Positions 12,902-27,758 are shown, counted from the first letter of the stretch. The stretch: DNA of 64,000 nt from Octopus sinensis (GCF_006345805.1 NC_043003.1:34286001-34350000), one strand, 5' to 3'. Program-made: numbers and translations. Notes: generated from the letters alone by a model not told the origin.

Positions 12902-15900
12902 CTGGATGAGAAAAAAAAAATGAGAAAAAATTAATAAACATAATTAAACTGAAAACAACAAAAGAAATAAGTTGGTGTTTTTTTCTTACTGATTCTATCT
13001 TAAGCAAGAAGAGAAATGAAGCGTGGTTAGAAAAGTTATTTGTAAATAAATTTCGGTAGTAACATTTTTAAAATGTTTGGTAACATACTCAGCTACAATA
13101 CAAGGAACTGAGGCAAAGATCGTAGATTTCATAATACGTTTCATATTGTGCTGAGCGTCGATCGTCAGAAAAGATTCTTTCAATTACTCCACGTGAATTT
13201 GAACCACTCTGGATACGACTAGGAGTATAACAAACGTAATTGAATATAAGTGTCCCAAGCACTAGTATGATAGAGCCAACGGCTCGAACCTTTCGTTTTT
13301 AGTGTTTATTCCCTGATCAGCTCTAATCAAGTAGATATGAATCATAACCAATCTGGTTTTTACTTGTTTCAAACGTAGCATATCAAAGACTACATTGCAT
13401 ACTCATCAAATGACTGATAAATCTTATTTGGATCAATGAATGAAAATATTTCAGTAATTAGAATTTTGAAGGGAATATTCAGCTGTTTTAAGCAAGTTAA
13501 ATCACAGCATAAATCTTAATTCATAGTTCGACTGCTTGAATCTCTCGGATCATAGTTATTGATCATCAGGTGGTGATGGTGGTTGACTCTTCTGTCATAA
13601 ACGACGAATGAGGGTTTTGTTTGCTACTTTTCTTGCTGAACAACCTATGCGGATAATTTGTTTATTGTGATTAAACATTTGAGCTGTACATTAGCTCTTT
13701 CCATCTATGGTAACTCCATTACCCGCACAGGTACACGATGTGACGCATATCAAATGTCGAAGTGATCGCAGCTCAATGTGAAATGAAGTGTTTGGCCCAA
13801 GATCAGCACGGCTCAGGAATCGAAATCACGATCTTGCGATCAGTAGCGCAACAGCCAAACCACTAAGCCACACACCTTCAGGTGATCAAGTAATCAAACC
13901 TATTAATTTAGACTGAGCGCTCACTACATTGTTCGTCAGTAGGACTGGTGTTAACCTATTAGCAGATGTGATAACTGTTTCTATACTAACATGGCCTTAA
14001 AAATATATTGTTACTGTGTTTTATTCAAGATGAAAGTATTGTACCCGTACATATCATAAAACTTTTAGAAGCCCTTGCGACAGAAGTCGAGCCTTGTGAT
14101 TAAGATATTTAGGATGTCATACCGATTACAGCTCAGAAAGCCTTGTCTTTCTCATTAAACTATCTCCATAACAGATGACATGGTATTTCTTCCCACATCT
14201 CTCTCTCTCTCTCTTTCTCTCCCTCTCCCTCTCATTATATACCAGAGGAAATAAATGCACCACAGAAATATATCAGTATTCAGTTACTTATCTGTCTGGG
14301 GCACAAAATTTCCAGTAACCTAATGAATAAGCTACGCCTGCCAGTGTTACGACGATTATTTTCTGATGGCGAAACAAACGATTAATCATGAGAAAACATG
14401 GGTTATTACATATTGACAAAACTCCAATGCTTTAAGACAAATATAAAAAGACATGATGGTGGGGTTAAAGAAGTGCTATTGGCGGCATCTACTGCTCTGT
14501 GTTTATTATCTCATAGTAATGCCAAAAAGTGTCATTATAACTCTTTATTAGTTGCACAAACAAAGGCTTTGAATTGGCAGAAACGGTAGGAAAAGAATAT
14601 AAAATAGCTTACAGAATTATATTTCTTTACTTAGTCTGCTGAGCTGAAGCCAAGTCATAGACGAAATTTTCACTGAGAAAATAAGCACCCTTGATATGCT
14701 GAAGTCAGTTCAGATGATAATAGCTATGGCGTCAAAAATTTGCTTTGCAGTTACATAGTTTTAGGTTCGGTCATCTGCATAGCACCTTCGGCAATTGTCT
14801 TCTACAATAACCTAGATCACCCTAAGCCTTGTGAATAAAAAATGTAGCAGATATAAACTAATATTAAACTCCGTCGGAGAAAACGTCATCAAGGTTGATA
14901 CCACCATCTCGCCATCTAGTGACTGCAGGTGTTCAGATTAGATGGCATGTGTGAAGATAACTTTTTGTCATTGGCACTGCTCTTCTCTTATTATGCCTCA
15001 ACAATGGACCATACTGCATTGTTCAAAAAGAAAAAGTATTTTCCTGCTAACTAAAGCGATATTTAAATCATCGTGTAAGATATAAATATCTGACGTGAAG
15101 ATTTCTATGTCCAACAGAAGACGCTGAACTTCATTCGAAACAAAAATGTCCTTGAGAAAATTACGAACCCCATAACTTCAATTTCCCACACTTATTATAC
15201 TGTGTGTAGCATAATAAACCAACATTTTCACTATTATACTTTATCATTAATTCAAATTGATTTTCGTCGGCAGACGCTATTTCTATATTAATCCCATACC
15301 TAATATATCTTAAGAGTGGAGACGATATATACCATTATTATATATCGTAATATTTGATTACCATTCACTTTTATCCACCCCAACCGAACAAGATTTGTTA
15401 TTGTGAATATTTCAACATGTATCACACCGTTTCATCATTATTAGCCATTGACAGTATGAAGCATAATGGATGGAAGAAAATTAATAGTTTCAGTTAATTC
15501 GTAGATAATAATTACAGAAAGGAACCTCTTTTACGCTGAAACGTTTTCATTCGCTGATACAAATAACATTCAATATTCATTTGATGAGTGTTGTGAGTAC
15601 TTCAAAGCAGGAAGTAAATTCACTGCAAGAAGCTGCGATGCAGGTTCTATTCTCATTTGAAGCTATGGTATATTTCATTTACATCACTAATGTAAGTGCT
15701 CTTGGGGAATCCCCGAAGCTCAAAATTAACCCCTCTTCATATGTAATCAAAACGAATTATGTAATACAGTGAAATATGTTATTTGAATCCCCAGATTAGT
15801 TTTAATTCTTGATACTAGACAAATCGTTTCCTTTATGCACTCGTGCGGACCGTATGAATGTTATATAATATCATTTCTACCTTCCGGACAATAGTGGACA

Positions 15901-15987
15901 TTTGACTAAGTACCAATCAACATTCGATTGTTTAATGTCGATGGCTCGAAATGGAAATTAATCTATTGGCGAACCTGTGAATGGCTG

Positions 15988-16022
<35 letters not shown>

Positions 16023-16266
16023 TTTTCAGGTGAACCATAAGAAAGCTCAACGGTTTATGTCTTGCTACAAGCACTATCAAGAATTTGTTGAAAACAAAAA
16101 ACAAAAAAAAATTCAGAAAGCTGAAAGTACACCTGGCTGAAAATAGGTACCACGTGATAGAGAAACATACTACCTTCAAATCTGTAGGACTGTAACAAAT
16201 TCGTAAATATCTTGCAGAGCTAAGTTCAGTCCCATTTATGTGTCTGAGCACACTGAAACACATAGG

Positions 16267-16347
<81 letters not shown>

Positions 16348-16352
16348 CTCTC

Positions 16353-16397
<45 letters not shown>

Positions 16398-16465
16398 CTA
16401 TATCTATATATATGTATATATATACATATATACATATATATATATACACACACACATATATATAT

Positions 16466-16500
<35 letters not shown>

Positions 16501-17605
16501 CATATATATATAGACTCACACACATATATTTACATATACATTATACATAAGGAACTGCTCCACCATACTGAATTACTCTAGGTGTATTATGTGAAGGCAA
16601 ACTCGTCTTATGGTTTTACAACAATCCAATAAGTTACGTGACAAGAAAATCTACTGCACAGCTATTTCCCTACACTATACCATTAATGCTCTCGTCTTCA
16701 AAAAGGCATAAACAATGTAGGCTTGCATGTCCTCACCTTTATGAATACTAAGTATTTACCTTATGAACAAATTACAAGATGCATATCACAAAACAGAACT
16801 GAAGGAGAGTATTTTATTTAAATTAAGTCTAAGTAGGTGTTTTATGTCTATGTATATATGAGATTCGTACATACATATTTATGAGAAAGTCTCAGATTCT
16901 TATGAACCTTCATGGTACGAGTCACGTTTATTGTTCTTTAATAGTTTTATTATCAAACAAACGCATATGCGTAAATATGTATGTGGTTATTCAGTTTTAT
17001 TTCAAGATTTCTTGCCAATAGAGAAAGAGATGGTTTCTAACGTGGACCCAAGACTCCTTCATTGGAACTTCAATAACATAAACAGGGTATTTTTGTATGT
17101 GTGTATGTATATGTTTATGTATATGTGCAAATTTGTGTGTTTTGTCTTATGTATGTATTCTCATTGATATTGTTGCATGCTTAGACATGCTCATATAAAC
17201 TTAAATGATAAACTTCTGGAAAGTTTTACACATTTTTATAGTTCCAGTTATGGCTTTGATCTGTAATCTTCGAGTCAGCTTTCTCCTTTCTGGTTTTCAG
17301 AAGCCTTATTTCTCAAGGTTGGTATTTAGGTAGAATGCTACGTATCCTAGGGTCCCAATAATTACAGATATAAACCTGAACTTGTATGTATATATGTATG
17401 TGTGCATGTATGTATGTATGTGTGGATATATGTATGCATAGCATACCAGTTAGAGGGATCAAATACAGACCCATCAAACATGTTAGTATTTTTTGAAACA
17501 CCCACAGAAAATATACAAACGCGTGCACACATACACACAAACATACGAAAACACACATACATGCACACACGCGTACGCGTATGTACATGCATTCACATAG
17601 ACAGG

Positions 17606-17648
<43 letters not shown>

Positions 17649-17980
17649 ATATATATATATCTATCTGTCTATCTATTCTAAATATCAATTTTTATATATA
17701 AATTTCTATATAATATATAAATGCATATTATCTATATAATACTATATATAAATAATTATGTATATATATATATATATATATATAAATGCATATTTATGTA
17801 TGTATATACACGTATACGTATGTTCAATATATATATATATATATATATATATAATTGCATATTTATGCATGTATATACACATATGTGCATGTGCATATAT
17901 ATATATATAGATATATATATATATTATTTATCAATCTACATAATGTGAGTTTATATAGATGATAGATAGATAGATAAATA

Positions 17981-18020
<40 letters not shown>

Positions 18021-18037
18021 TATATCAAATCACTTAC

Positions 18038-18178
18038 GTTAAAGGCTTTCAATCTTTCAGTATCGTATTCATGTCCGGATGGCAGCTTGTCGTCTTCATC
18101 GTCATCATCATCGTCGTTATCATCTCTGACAGCTTGTAAGTCATCTACAATGCCACTTTCGCTTGCTTTTGTTGAACT
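18038..18178 (-). CDS. NOL4: Preceding coding exon of the NOL4-like gene (acidic tract plus ERLKAFN), 141 nt, phase 0/0
   Basis: Acceptor is ttcctcttacttctgcag|AGT and donor is AAC|gtaagt. Encodes SSTKASESGIVDDLQAVRDDNDDDDDDEDDKLPSGHEYDTERLKAFN. It joins in frame to MFVRLF, reproducing the NOL4 pattern of acidic run then ERLKAFN|MFVRLF. It is not annotated in the ORF track in this frame. Confidence 0.93.
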
Positions 18179-18495
18179 CTGCAGAAGTAAGAGGAAAAAA
18201 AAAATTAATTGCTATTAGGCCAACAGTAATATTAAGAATGATACAACCTCAGATAATAATAAAGTTACGACGAGGGAATCAAAACTGGGTCAAGAACTCC
18301 ACAGACATCGCCAGTAATAACAACGTTAAACAACAATTTATCAATTATGCGATATATATATAAAAACATATATGTATACATATATATATATATATAAACA
18401 TATATATATAATATATAATATATATATATTATTATATATATAGATATATATAATATATATATATACGCGAGAAAGAAGCAACAAGAATGGATAGG

Positions 18496-18540
<45 letters not shown>

Positions 18541-18633
18541 ATATGTATGTAAAATTATATAATATAAATATATATGTATACATATATAAATATATATATA
18601 TATATATATATGTATACATATATATATATATAA

Positions 18634-18694
<61 letters not shown>

Positions 18695-19024
18695 CATATA
18701 TATATGTATATGTAAACCGATAAAATGATAGATAATAAGCAAACACATAGAATCCGAGGAACACAGACACACAAATGCACACACAGGTGCAAATTATACT
18801 AGACTCTGTGTGTGTGTGTGTGTGTGTCTGTGTGTCTGTGTGTGTGTATCTGTGTGTGTGTGTCTGTGTGTGTGCGTGCGTGTGTGTGCGTGCGTGCGTG
18901 TGTGAAGAAAGAGAAAAGGGCAGACACAAATATAAACAAATACGTTGTCAGTTATAAACAGGCAAGTACGCAGATATTTGTTGTGTGTAAACACAAGACA
19001 GATTAATGATCTTTTCTACTCTAG

Positions 19025-19170
19025 GCACAATGCACGAAATTTTGGGGGAAGGGGACAGTCGATTAAATCGACCCCCAGTGCGCAACTGATACTCAATTTA
19101 TCGATCCCGAAAGGAATGAAAGGCAAAGCCGAACTCAGCGGAATTTAAACTCAGAACGTAAAGACAGACG
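19025..19170 (-). mobile_element. Partial Meta-like SINE, alternative tail
   Basis: Reverse complement of the body: TCGACCCCCAGTGCGCAACTG...CCCGAAAGGAATGAAAGGCAAAG...TTTAAACTCAGAACG. Confidence 0.75.
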
Positions 19171-19891
19171 AACAAGACAGATTAATAGTGAAATACAGAT
19201 TAAGTTTAAGCGTAGTACACTTTGCATAGATTTTGAGAAACGGTTTCGATCCTTAATTAAAAGCATTGAACTCTATGTGGAAATCCTAAGAATTTCGAGA
19301 AGGAGTTAAAGTTTGTTGAAATTCTTTTAGTATTTCCCATCCTTACTGCAATGCACAAGCTACATATTTCTTGAGGTTTTACTAACACTATAGAGGAAAG
19401 CACATTGGCAGATATCTAAACGACATACACCATATAAAAGTAGCCATTTACTTTGTAACAAGAAGAATTTTTGGGCTAGCACTTAAAGAAAGCGCTAGGA
19501 GAGGGCATATTTTATCTCGTAGAATATATAATTTAGAAGATGAAGTGAGTGGGGAAATCAGTAGGAGACTGCGTTTGAAAAGATTACAATGATGAGAGGG
19601 ATGTTGATGAAGATTGTAATGTTGATGATGGTGATGATGATGATGATGATGATAATGATGATGATGAACATGAGGGTAATGAAGACGGTGAGAAGAGCAG
19701 CAATATCCATGATGAGAATCATCGCCAATTAATGACAATTTTGTTTGTGTGTCTGCGCGTGTGCGTGTGTGTTTTCACGTGTACATATACATATATGCAC
19801 GTATATATATAAGTCTTGTTCAACTCAGACCGAAGTAAGTATGTCAAAAGAGAAGTCAGTGGTCTTCTATTAGTTTCGTCAAAAGTGTATG

Positions 19892-19937
<46 letters not shown>

Positions 19938-20495
19938 CGCCGTGGCACTCCATCGGCTACGACTCCGAAGGTTTCAGTTGATCCGAATCAACGGAACAGC
20001 CTGCTCCTGAAATTAACGTGTAAGTGGCTGAGCACTCCACAGACACGTGTACCCTTAACGTAGTTCTCAGAGAGACCCAGCATGACACAGAGTATGACAA
20101 AGCTGGCCCTTCGTAATACAGGTACAACAGTGAGAGAAATTTGTGGTGAAAGAGTACAGAAGGGTTCGTAACTTTTTTAAGGTGGCGAGCTGGCAGAAAC
20201 GTTCAAATTCCGCCGAGGTCGACTTTACCTTTCATCCTTTCGAGGCCGATGAATTAAGTACCAGTTACGCACTGGGGTCGATGTAATCGACTTAATCCCT
20301 TTCTCTGTCCTTGTTTGTCTCCTCTATGTTTAACCCCTTGTGGGCAATAAAGAAATAAGACGGGTTAGCCACCATCCTCTGCCGGAGCCACTTCGAGCTT
20401 TAGGTGCTTTCGCTCAATAAGCACTCACAACGCCCGCTTTGGGAATCGAAACTGCGATCCTACGACTGCGAGTCCGCTGCCCTAACCACTGGGCC
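19938..20495 (-). mobile_element. SINE with the 24721-type head joined to the 21846-type tail, interrupted by the 20181-20357 SINE
   Basis: The head GGCCCAGTGGTTAGGGCAGCGGACTCGC matches 24721. The 3' part (GTACCTGTATT...AAGGGTACACGTGTCTGTGGAGTGCTCAGCCAC...CCGATGGAGTG) matches 21846-22030. Confidence 0.78.
20181..20357 (+). mobile_element. Same SINE family, internally deleted head, LINE-like tail, nested inside another SINE
   Basis: GGTGGCGAGCTGGCAGAAACGTTCAAATTCCGCCGAGG...CCCCTTGTGGGCAATAAAGAAATA. The segment between the A-box and the B-box is deleted at a GTT microhomology. Confidence 0.85.
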
Positions 20496-21501
20496 ATTTT
20501 CGAGTTCATTTACAAGGCTTAGAAAAACTGAAAGACCGCTTCAATAAGTGTGTGGATCTGAGAGAAGAATATGTTGAATAAAATCGTAAAGAATTGATCC
20601 TCCTGTATTTTCTTTTCCCCATAGCCAGGGACTTTTCCCTGGTATACATATCCATAAACGCACACAAACACACAGACAGACATACATGTGTGTGTGTGTA
20701 ACTATATATAAATCATAATATGATACTAATACAAAGAATGAAAACATGCATCATGTATATATTACACACATGTGTATGTGTATATGTGTATGTGTGTTTG
20801 TGTGAGCGCGTAAGTACATATTCTGTGTGCAAGTACATTTAAGCACACAGATACAAGTTCATGTATAATTATCTCTCAGATGTTCGTGCATGCATGCCAT
20901 ATGCGTGATTGTTCTCTACGTTTAAATGAATCTACTGTAATTATATATGTGAAGCTTTGTGCGAACAGAATTGCGCGTGCGTATACATGGTACACCTCAG
21001 AATAGTTACATATATATAATATATATATATATGGGGGGTATGTATGTATGTATGTATGTATGTATGTATGTATGTATGTATGTATGTATGTATGTATGTA
21101 TGTATGTATATGAAACATTTATTAAACAATAGAACTGCAGCAGAGAAACAGAGTAACAAATATTGAAATTATATCATCTCGTCTTTCGTCTAATTACATT
21201 AAATGAAAATGAAAGTAGGCCAGTATTGGAGTATATCGGCTTTCAGGAATGTAGGAAAAGCAGCTTTAATTTCACAGTCAGCAACTCAAAGCCGGAGTAA
21301 TTTAGATATCTTTAACGAAGTTATAGCTGTCACAGTGATTGTAGAGACGTGGTACGCGGGAAAATGGTCCTTGCGTGCGAAGAAGGCAATGTGTACTTAG
21401 ATATTATCTAAAGTATTTTGTGCCATACCTTGCGGGGACCAGCCCACGTGAGCAAAATTTTGTTAGCAATATATTTACATACATACATAAATGTGTGTGT
21501 G

Positions 21502-21544
<43 letters not shown>

Positions 21545-21625
21545 ACACACATAACGAACGGGATCGTGAAACTCTGAGTAACAGTTTTTGTGATGTCTTT
21601 GCAGCTTTATTAACAAAGTGTTATA

Positions 21626-21672
<47 letters not shown>

Positions 21673-21845
21673 TATACATATATACACATATATACAAAGG
21701 CAAATTTACATATTGCACACACGCATACACATATATATACGTATGTACACGAACAGATATATTGATGTATGCGTATATACATGAACATACAGTTATATTG
21801 GAAGTGTGTGTGTATGTGTATATATATATATATATATATATTAAA

Positions 21846-22120
21846 GTACCACTCCGTCGGTTACGACGACGAGGACCCCTGCTGTTACGATTAACGGAAC
21901 AGCTTGCTCGTGAAATTAACGTGCAAGTGGCTGAGCTCTCCACAGACATGTGTACCCTTAACGTAGCTTTCAGGGAGATTCAGTGTGATAGAGAGGATGA
22001 CAAGATTGGCCCTTTTAAATACAGGTACTATTCATTTTTGCCAGCTGAGTGGACTGGGGGAACATTAAATAAAGTGTCTTGCTCAAGGACACAACGCGTC
22101 GCCGGGAATTGAACTCACGA
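21846..22120 (-). mobile_element. 5'-clipped tRNA SINE
   Basis: TCGTGAGTTCAATTCCCGGCGACGCGTTGTGTCCTTGAGCAAGACAC...CTCAGCCACTTGCACGTTAATTTCACGAGC...CCGACGGAGTG. Confidence 0.78.
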
Positions 22121-22566
22121 ATGCCGAATGCCCCTGTTTCAACTTCCGAGATCCTTTATCCATAGAAATGCAAACCTGCTTTTATATTTCCAGAAGAATC
22201 AAGATGCTGCTTTGCCGCACAGCTTGCATTTTGTTATTAAACTTGGAATTATAACATAATAAACACTGCGCTTAACCGTATTGGGTATTTCTTTCGATTT
22301 GGAGTTTCACCGTTTCAAATTATTTCGCGTTCTCTCGAAATTTCTAAATTTATTGGGGCCAACCACATACAATTATCACCAGTAAAAATATAGTTGTTTT
22401 TTTTTTTTGTTAAATGGAGCGTAATATTCGAAGGTTTGCTTTGGCCCAGTGGTAGAACGTTTGTCATATCTATGGATGATGAGGGTTCGAGTCTCACAAA
22501 TAGACTTTGTATCCGAAGGGTTTTATAACTTATTGTTTACACTTTATTATTTATTGTTTTATTAGA

Positions 22567-22790
22567 GTGGCAAGCTGGCAGAATCGTTAGCACGGCAGGA
22601 AAAATGCTTAGTGATATTTTGTCTGTCGCTACAATCTGAGTTCAAATACCACCGAGGTTCTCGTTGCCTTTGCCTTCCATCCTTACAAGGATGATAAATT
22701 AAGTATCAATTACGTACTGAGGTCGATGTAATGGACTGATCCTCTCCCCCCAAAATGTCAGGCCTTGTGCCTTTAGTAGAGAAGACTATC
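22567..22790 (+). mobile_element. Same SINE head and body with the alternative tail (CCCCCCAAAATGTCAGGCCTTGTGCC)
   Basis: Head and body align by eye to the 10987-11403 copy, but the 3' end differs. Confidence 0.8.
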
Positions 22791-23548
22791 TATAGCTTTA
22801 CCTGCTTCATGTTATACCGAGATCCTAAATGGAAACGATGCTTTCTCATATCAATAGGGATGTACATTTGGTCCCTACCGATTTGCACCGACACTTTCTT
22901 GTCAGTACACCATTAGAAATACACAAACACGACTACGCAGTCCAGTCTAGATACATATGCGCAAGCGCGAAACGAACAGAGAGAGAGAGAGAGAGAAACT
23001 GAAAATTGCAAAAAGCTTTAGTGTAGGCTAGTTGAGAGATGGAAGGAAGGACAGGTGATAAGAGGGGAGAAAGAGAACTGTAGTTAACGTTTTGGTATTA
23101 TCTTTAGTCATTATCTTGTGTTCATTGTACTGGTTGTCGGTCATATATCTGTTTAGCTGTTTTAGCGATTAAATGGTGGAAATTTTATCTATGCATATAT
23201 GTGTGCGCCTTCGTGTTTCGTGTGTGCTGAGTTGACTTCACGTTTGTACATGTGTATGTATGTGTGCGTTTGTCTCTGTGTATGTTTTGTGTTTGTGCAA
23301 CAGTGTGCAAGTGTGTATCGACTTGTCTCCACGTTTGTACATGTGTATGTATGTATGTATGTATGTATGTATGTATGTATGCGTTTATTTCTGTGTATGG
23401 ATTTGTAAGTAATTTGTGCGTATTCACGTTTGTCTGTGTGTTTTTCGTGCGATTGTAAGACTGCGTATATATAAATTACTTTGGACAGTCGTACATATGT
23501 GTGTGTGTGTATTGGTTTAGATGTGTGTGTGTATCTGTGTGTGTGTGT

Positions 23549-23585
<37 letters not shown>

Positions 23586-24720
23586 ATTTATCATTAGAGA
23601 GACGCGTTGTGTTGTCTTGGCTACAATGTCATTTATAGTTCGTAAGTATTTTTTGAGACGTTCCAGCGATTGTGACACAAGCATAAACAACAAGAGAAGC
23701 AGCGAACGCAACAGATGCAACAAAAGCGACAGCAACAGCAATAAGAGACACAAAGCTGAAAACTACAACAACAGCAATAACAAGATCAAGAAGCACTAAT
23801 TGACGGCGACATAAACAACAACAACTTTGACCATCTGTTATGGGAGAAATCTAATAAAAAATAATAAAACCTATAAATTTGATAAAACAATGAATAGTAA
23901 ACATTACACTCATAGATGAAAGTAAAATCTAAAACAATAATCATGTCCAGTGTGCTTTCCATATAACAGCAGTCCGGTGATATTTCGGCCACTCCCAGTA
24001 TTCATGGAACTTTCAGACGTAAGTAATTGATAAATATTAATCGATAGAAACACTGCTTCTTTGAACTTCTTCTAGGTTGCTCGGTTTGCCGTATGTGATC
24101 CTACGATCTGCTATAAATGACTAAATGACCAAACCTTTATCAAGTCCTTAATATTATTAAATAAACGGAACAGTTGTTTAGTATCGCTACCATGACCAGA
24201 CTGGAGCAACGTCGGACAACTGAATACACGTGCTCAAACTGGGCTGCCCTAAGACTAAACAGTATTGTAAACTACGCCTTTACACAACAGGCTTAATTGT
24301 TAAAGCTATGCCCATCTCTATGATACAATTATTCTACTTCTGATGACGTTCCTGTGTTCAAGTGTTACTATGATACAAAGTCGAAGACGTGATCGAAGTG
24401 TTTAACTTAATGGAGTAAAGTCGTGAAGATCTCTATCAGAAAAGAAAGAAGACAATTCAAAAAGGCGGAATTTGTACAGGTCCTGCATGTGGATTATGAA
24501 ATTTATTTCTATGAGAAATGGAGATTGATTGACCGCATCGTATTTGAAGTTCAAATCGTATCCAAGGTTAATTTTGTCTTTCAGCCACTCGGCGTTGATA
24601 TCAAGTACTGGGACTGAATTAACTGGCTACACCCATCGCTAAATTAAAGAAACGAACATATATGTAAGGCCTATCATCGCAGAGGATATTTATACAAGAT
24701 AAATAAGGTATATATATATA

Positions 24721-25006
24721 GCCCAGTGGTTAGGGCAGCGGACTCGCGGTCGCAGGATCGTGGTTTCGATTCCCAGACCGGGCGTTATGTGTGTTTATTG
24801 AGCGAAAAACACCTAAAAGCTCCACGAAGCTCCGGCAGGGGGTGGTGATCCCTGCTGTACTCTTTCATCACTCTTTCTCTCACTCTTTATTCTGTTGGCC
24901 TGCTCGCTTAGCCAGCGGGGTGGCGTCGTTCGAAGGCTAAAACAATGCGAACGCATTATGACCAGCGATGTGTAGCAACATCTGATGGTTTGGTCGGTCA
25001 CGTGAT

Positions 25007-25013
<7 letters not shown>
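24721..25013 (+). mobile_element. tRNA-derived SINE of a third family, inside (TA)n
   Basis: Head GCCCAGTGGTTAGGGCAGCGGACTCGC...GTTTCGATTCCC (A/B boxes). Tail AAGGCTAAAACAATGCG...GGTCGGTCACGTGAT. TA repeats lie on both sides. Confidence 0.82.
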
Positions 25014-25043
<30 letters not shown>

Positions 25044-25457
25044 TTAAAACAGAGATGACTACCATATACTTCATCATTTTCTCCAGAATTTTAGACAAAG
25101 TTTTAAAAAGGTAAAAGCCATCTTAATTTTAATAAACATGGTCATTTTCCTGCTCTCTTTTAAATCCTAACAGCAATCTCTCCGGTAAGAAACACCGAGC
25201 TAAATGATAGCAACGTCACCAGTCGGGTAATTTAGAACAAAACATAAGTGTCAACCAGAGAATACAAATGCATTATAAATAAATTGTTTGTAATATATTT
25301 AAATTAAAGACTCCTCCTAGAATTAACACGACAATTGGGGTGTGGTACATCATCAATATATTAATAGATGAAGATAATACCAAACAAAATGTTCGTCAGT
25401 AAACAAACTAACTTTAATTAAGTGGCCTTTCGTGATGGGATGTAACCTAATATATGC

Positions 25458-25536
<79 letters not shown>

Positions 25537-27399
25537 TATATATCATATATATGCATATGTATGTATGTATCTAAGTATGTATATATATTACTATAGACTA
25601 ACCTTCACATACATACTCACATTACACAACAATAGATGCATAAAAAAATCCATAGAAAACACAAGTGCGGATACACACACACATGCACTCACACATACAC
25701 ATACGCATACATTGCTACATCAAAGGAAATCATGCTGTCAGAGCAAAATAAGCGTATTTATGAAATATACAAATACGGTAGAGTCACGCGCGTACATAAT
25801 AGCTTGTTCAAAAACTACCGAACTGCAATCAGGTTTATCAATCGATATTTTTGGACAAGGCAATACAGATTGAAGTGGATCTTAAGATTAGAGTGAAATG
25901 TGTGAAAGCAACGGTCATGTTTCAGATTTGTTTAACCTCCTTAGCGAATCGTACTCTACTCAGTTGGCAAGAGAGTAAGAGTGATCAGTATATGGGAAAA
26001 TAGAGAGAATTAATTAATTAATTAATGCTGAGTAAAAATATCAACAATTGTAGGTGAGAGAAAATATCTAAGGAGAGCGTTCTGCATATTAAATAACCAT
26101 GTTACTGAATCACATAAATGTAATATAACTGAGTTTTAAAAAAAACTTATATCAAATAGGTGGCTCTTCCATTCCGTTACCATCTCATTGAGATTTGAGA
26201 CAACAAGTGGGGTGGACCACATGAGTGCATACCACCTGTTAAAAATTGTCGGTGATTTAGGTTTGCTGGGGGCAGACTGATAGTAGACTGAGTAAAATTG
26301 TTCTAGGGGTTGTTATCTCTAACGCTGTTGTTGTTATTTTTACCTCAAATAATCCTTGGCTGAACAAATTTATATCAAAAGATATTCCAATTTAAACCAC
26401 TACCACCCATCATTTCGTACTTAGAAGACTACATTACACAATGCATCCTTTTTTAATTTGGTAGGATGTAATGTAAAGGAGATTTTGCTGCTATTCAAGA
26501 CGAGCGTGATTTTCTTCCGGGATCACAAATATTCCATTAAATATATAAGTTTATAATTTTATACCGCAGTTCGATAAGATTGACAGAAGACAAACATGAT
26601 ATTGTCGAAATATTACTTACAGTAGCTTGATATCAAGACTGCGAAAATGTTCAACTGTTATTAACTTAACACATCAAGTTACATTAAGGCGTTTAAAGGA
26701 GAGAATGATGTGGATAAGAAACCATCGTCTTCTCCTATAATTCGTGTGTGTGTGCGCGAGTGGGTATTTATGTATGTATGTGTGTGTTTTGGGAAAAGAT
26801 CTGATCATATGGGCGGAAAAGAGTGTGAAAGAACTAGCAACAACTACATGCGATAAAAACAAATAAACCCTTCATAGGCAGCCAGGTGTATGTCATAGCA
26901 ATTTCGACACAAGCCTCATTTATTTTGTTGTAAGGAGAAAGAAAAGAGGAGTTTAAAAGTGATTGATACAGCTTACTATTAGAAGTGCGTTGGGACTTCT
27001 CAGTATAGTGAAGTACAATACAGTAAGCCTTAAGGCTTACTGAGCGAAAACTCTGTTGCGGTGCCGTTTATTATTGTTTCCTTTGTATATGATAAAAACA
27101 CAATTATGAACTCATACAACAGATATAACCATGTAAATATATGTATAAGTATATCTTTCTACACACACACACAAACACACACACACTCATACATACACAC
27201 ATATATGTATGAATATTTATATATTTATACAAAAAGACACACACACACATTCATTTCGAGATTCATAGAGCATTATATATTAGGCATAAAAAAATCCTGG
27301 ATTCAATTACCAAAAATTCACACAACAAAGACACACGAAGAACTATACACATGTATATGTGCATACGCATGTTTTCGGCATGTATATGCCATAATCAAT

Positions 27400-27451
27400 A
27401 TATATTCGTACATACATACATACAATATATATTTATACATTATATATATAG

Positions 27452-27512
<61 letters not shown>

Positions 27513-27758
27513 CACACACACACAAAGTGCGAACATGTGCATGTAATTCTAAATTTCATTGCATGGCGTTATGTGTGATTATGAAATTAGCTGATTCTAA
27601 GCATACACACACGTGTGATTGTGTGTATATTAATCGTGTTAAAGAAATGCCTTACCCAATTATTTCAACAATATACACATGCGAATACGTACGTACATAT
27701 TAATACATAAATATATACATTTATATACATGTATATACATACATATATAAATACATAT

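Noticed and set aside
12902-12951. Strong-looking alternative acceptor (ttcttttgttgttttcag) 47 nt upstream of the NOL4 exon
   Set aside because: Its use would add an immediate stop or frameshift. Such sites are common by chance in T-rich introns, and there is no evidence of use.
19448-19738. His-rich ORF just upstream of the acidic NOL4 exon
   Set aside because: It is the reverse reading of a decayed (GAT)n tract, ends in a stop and has no suitable splice sites.
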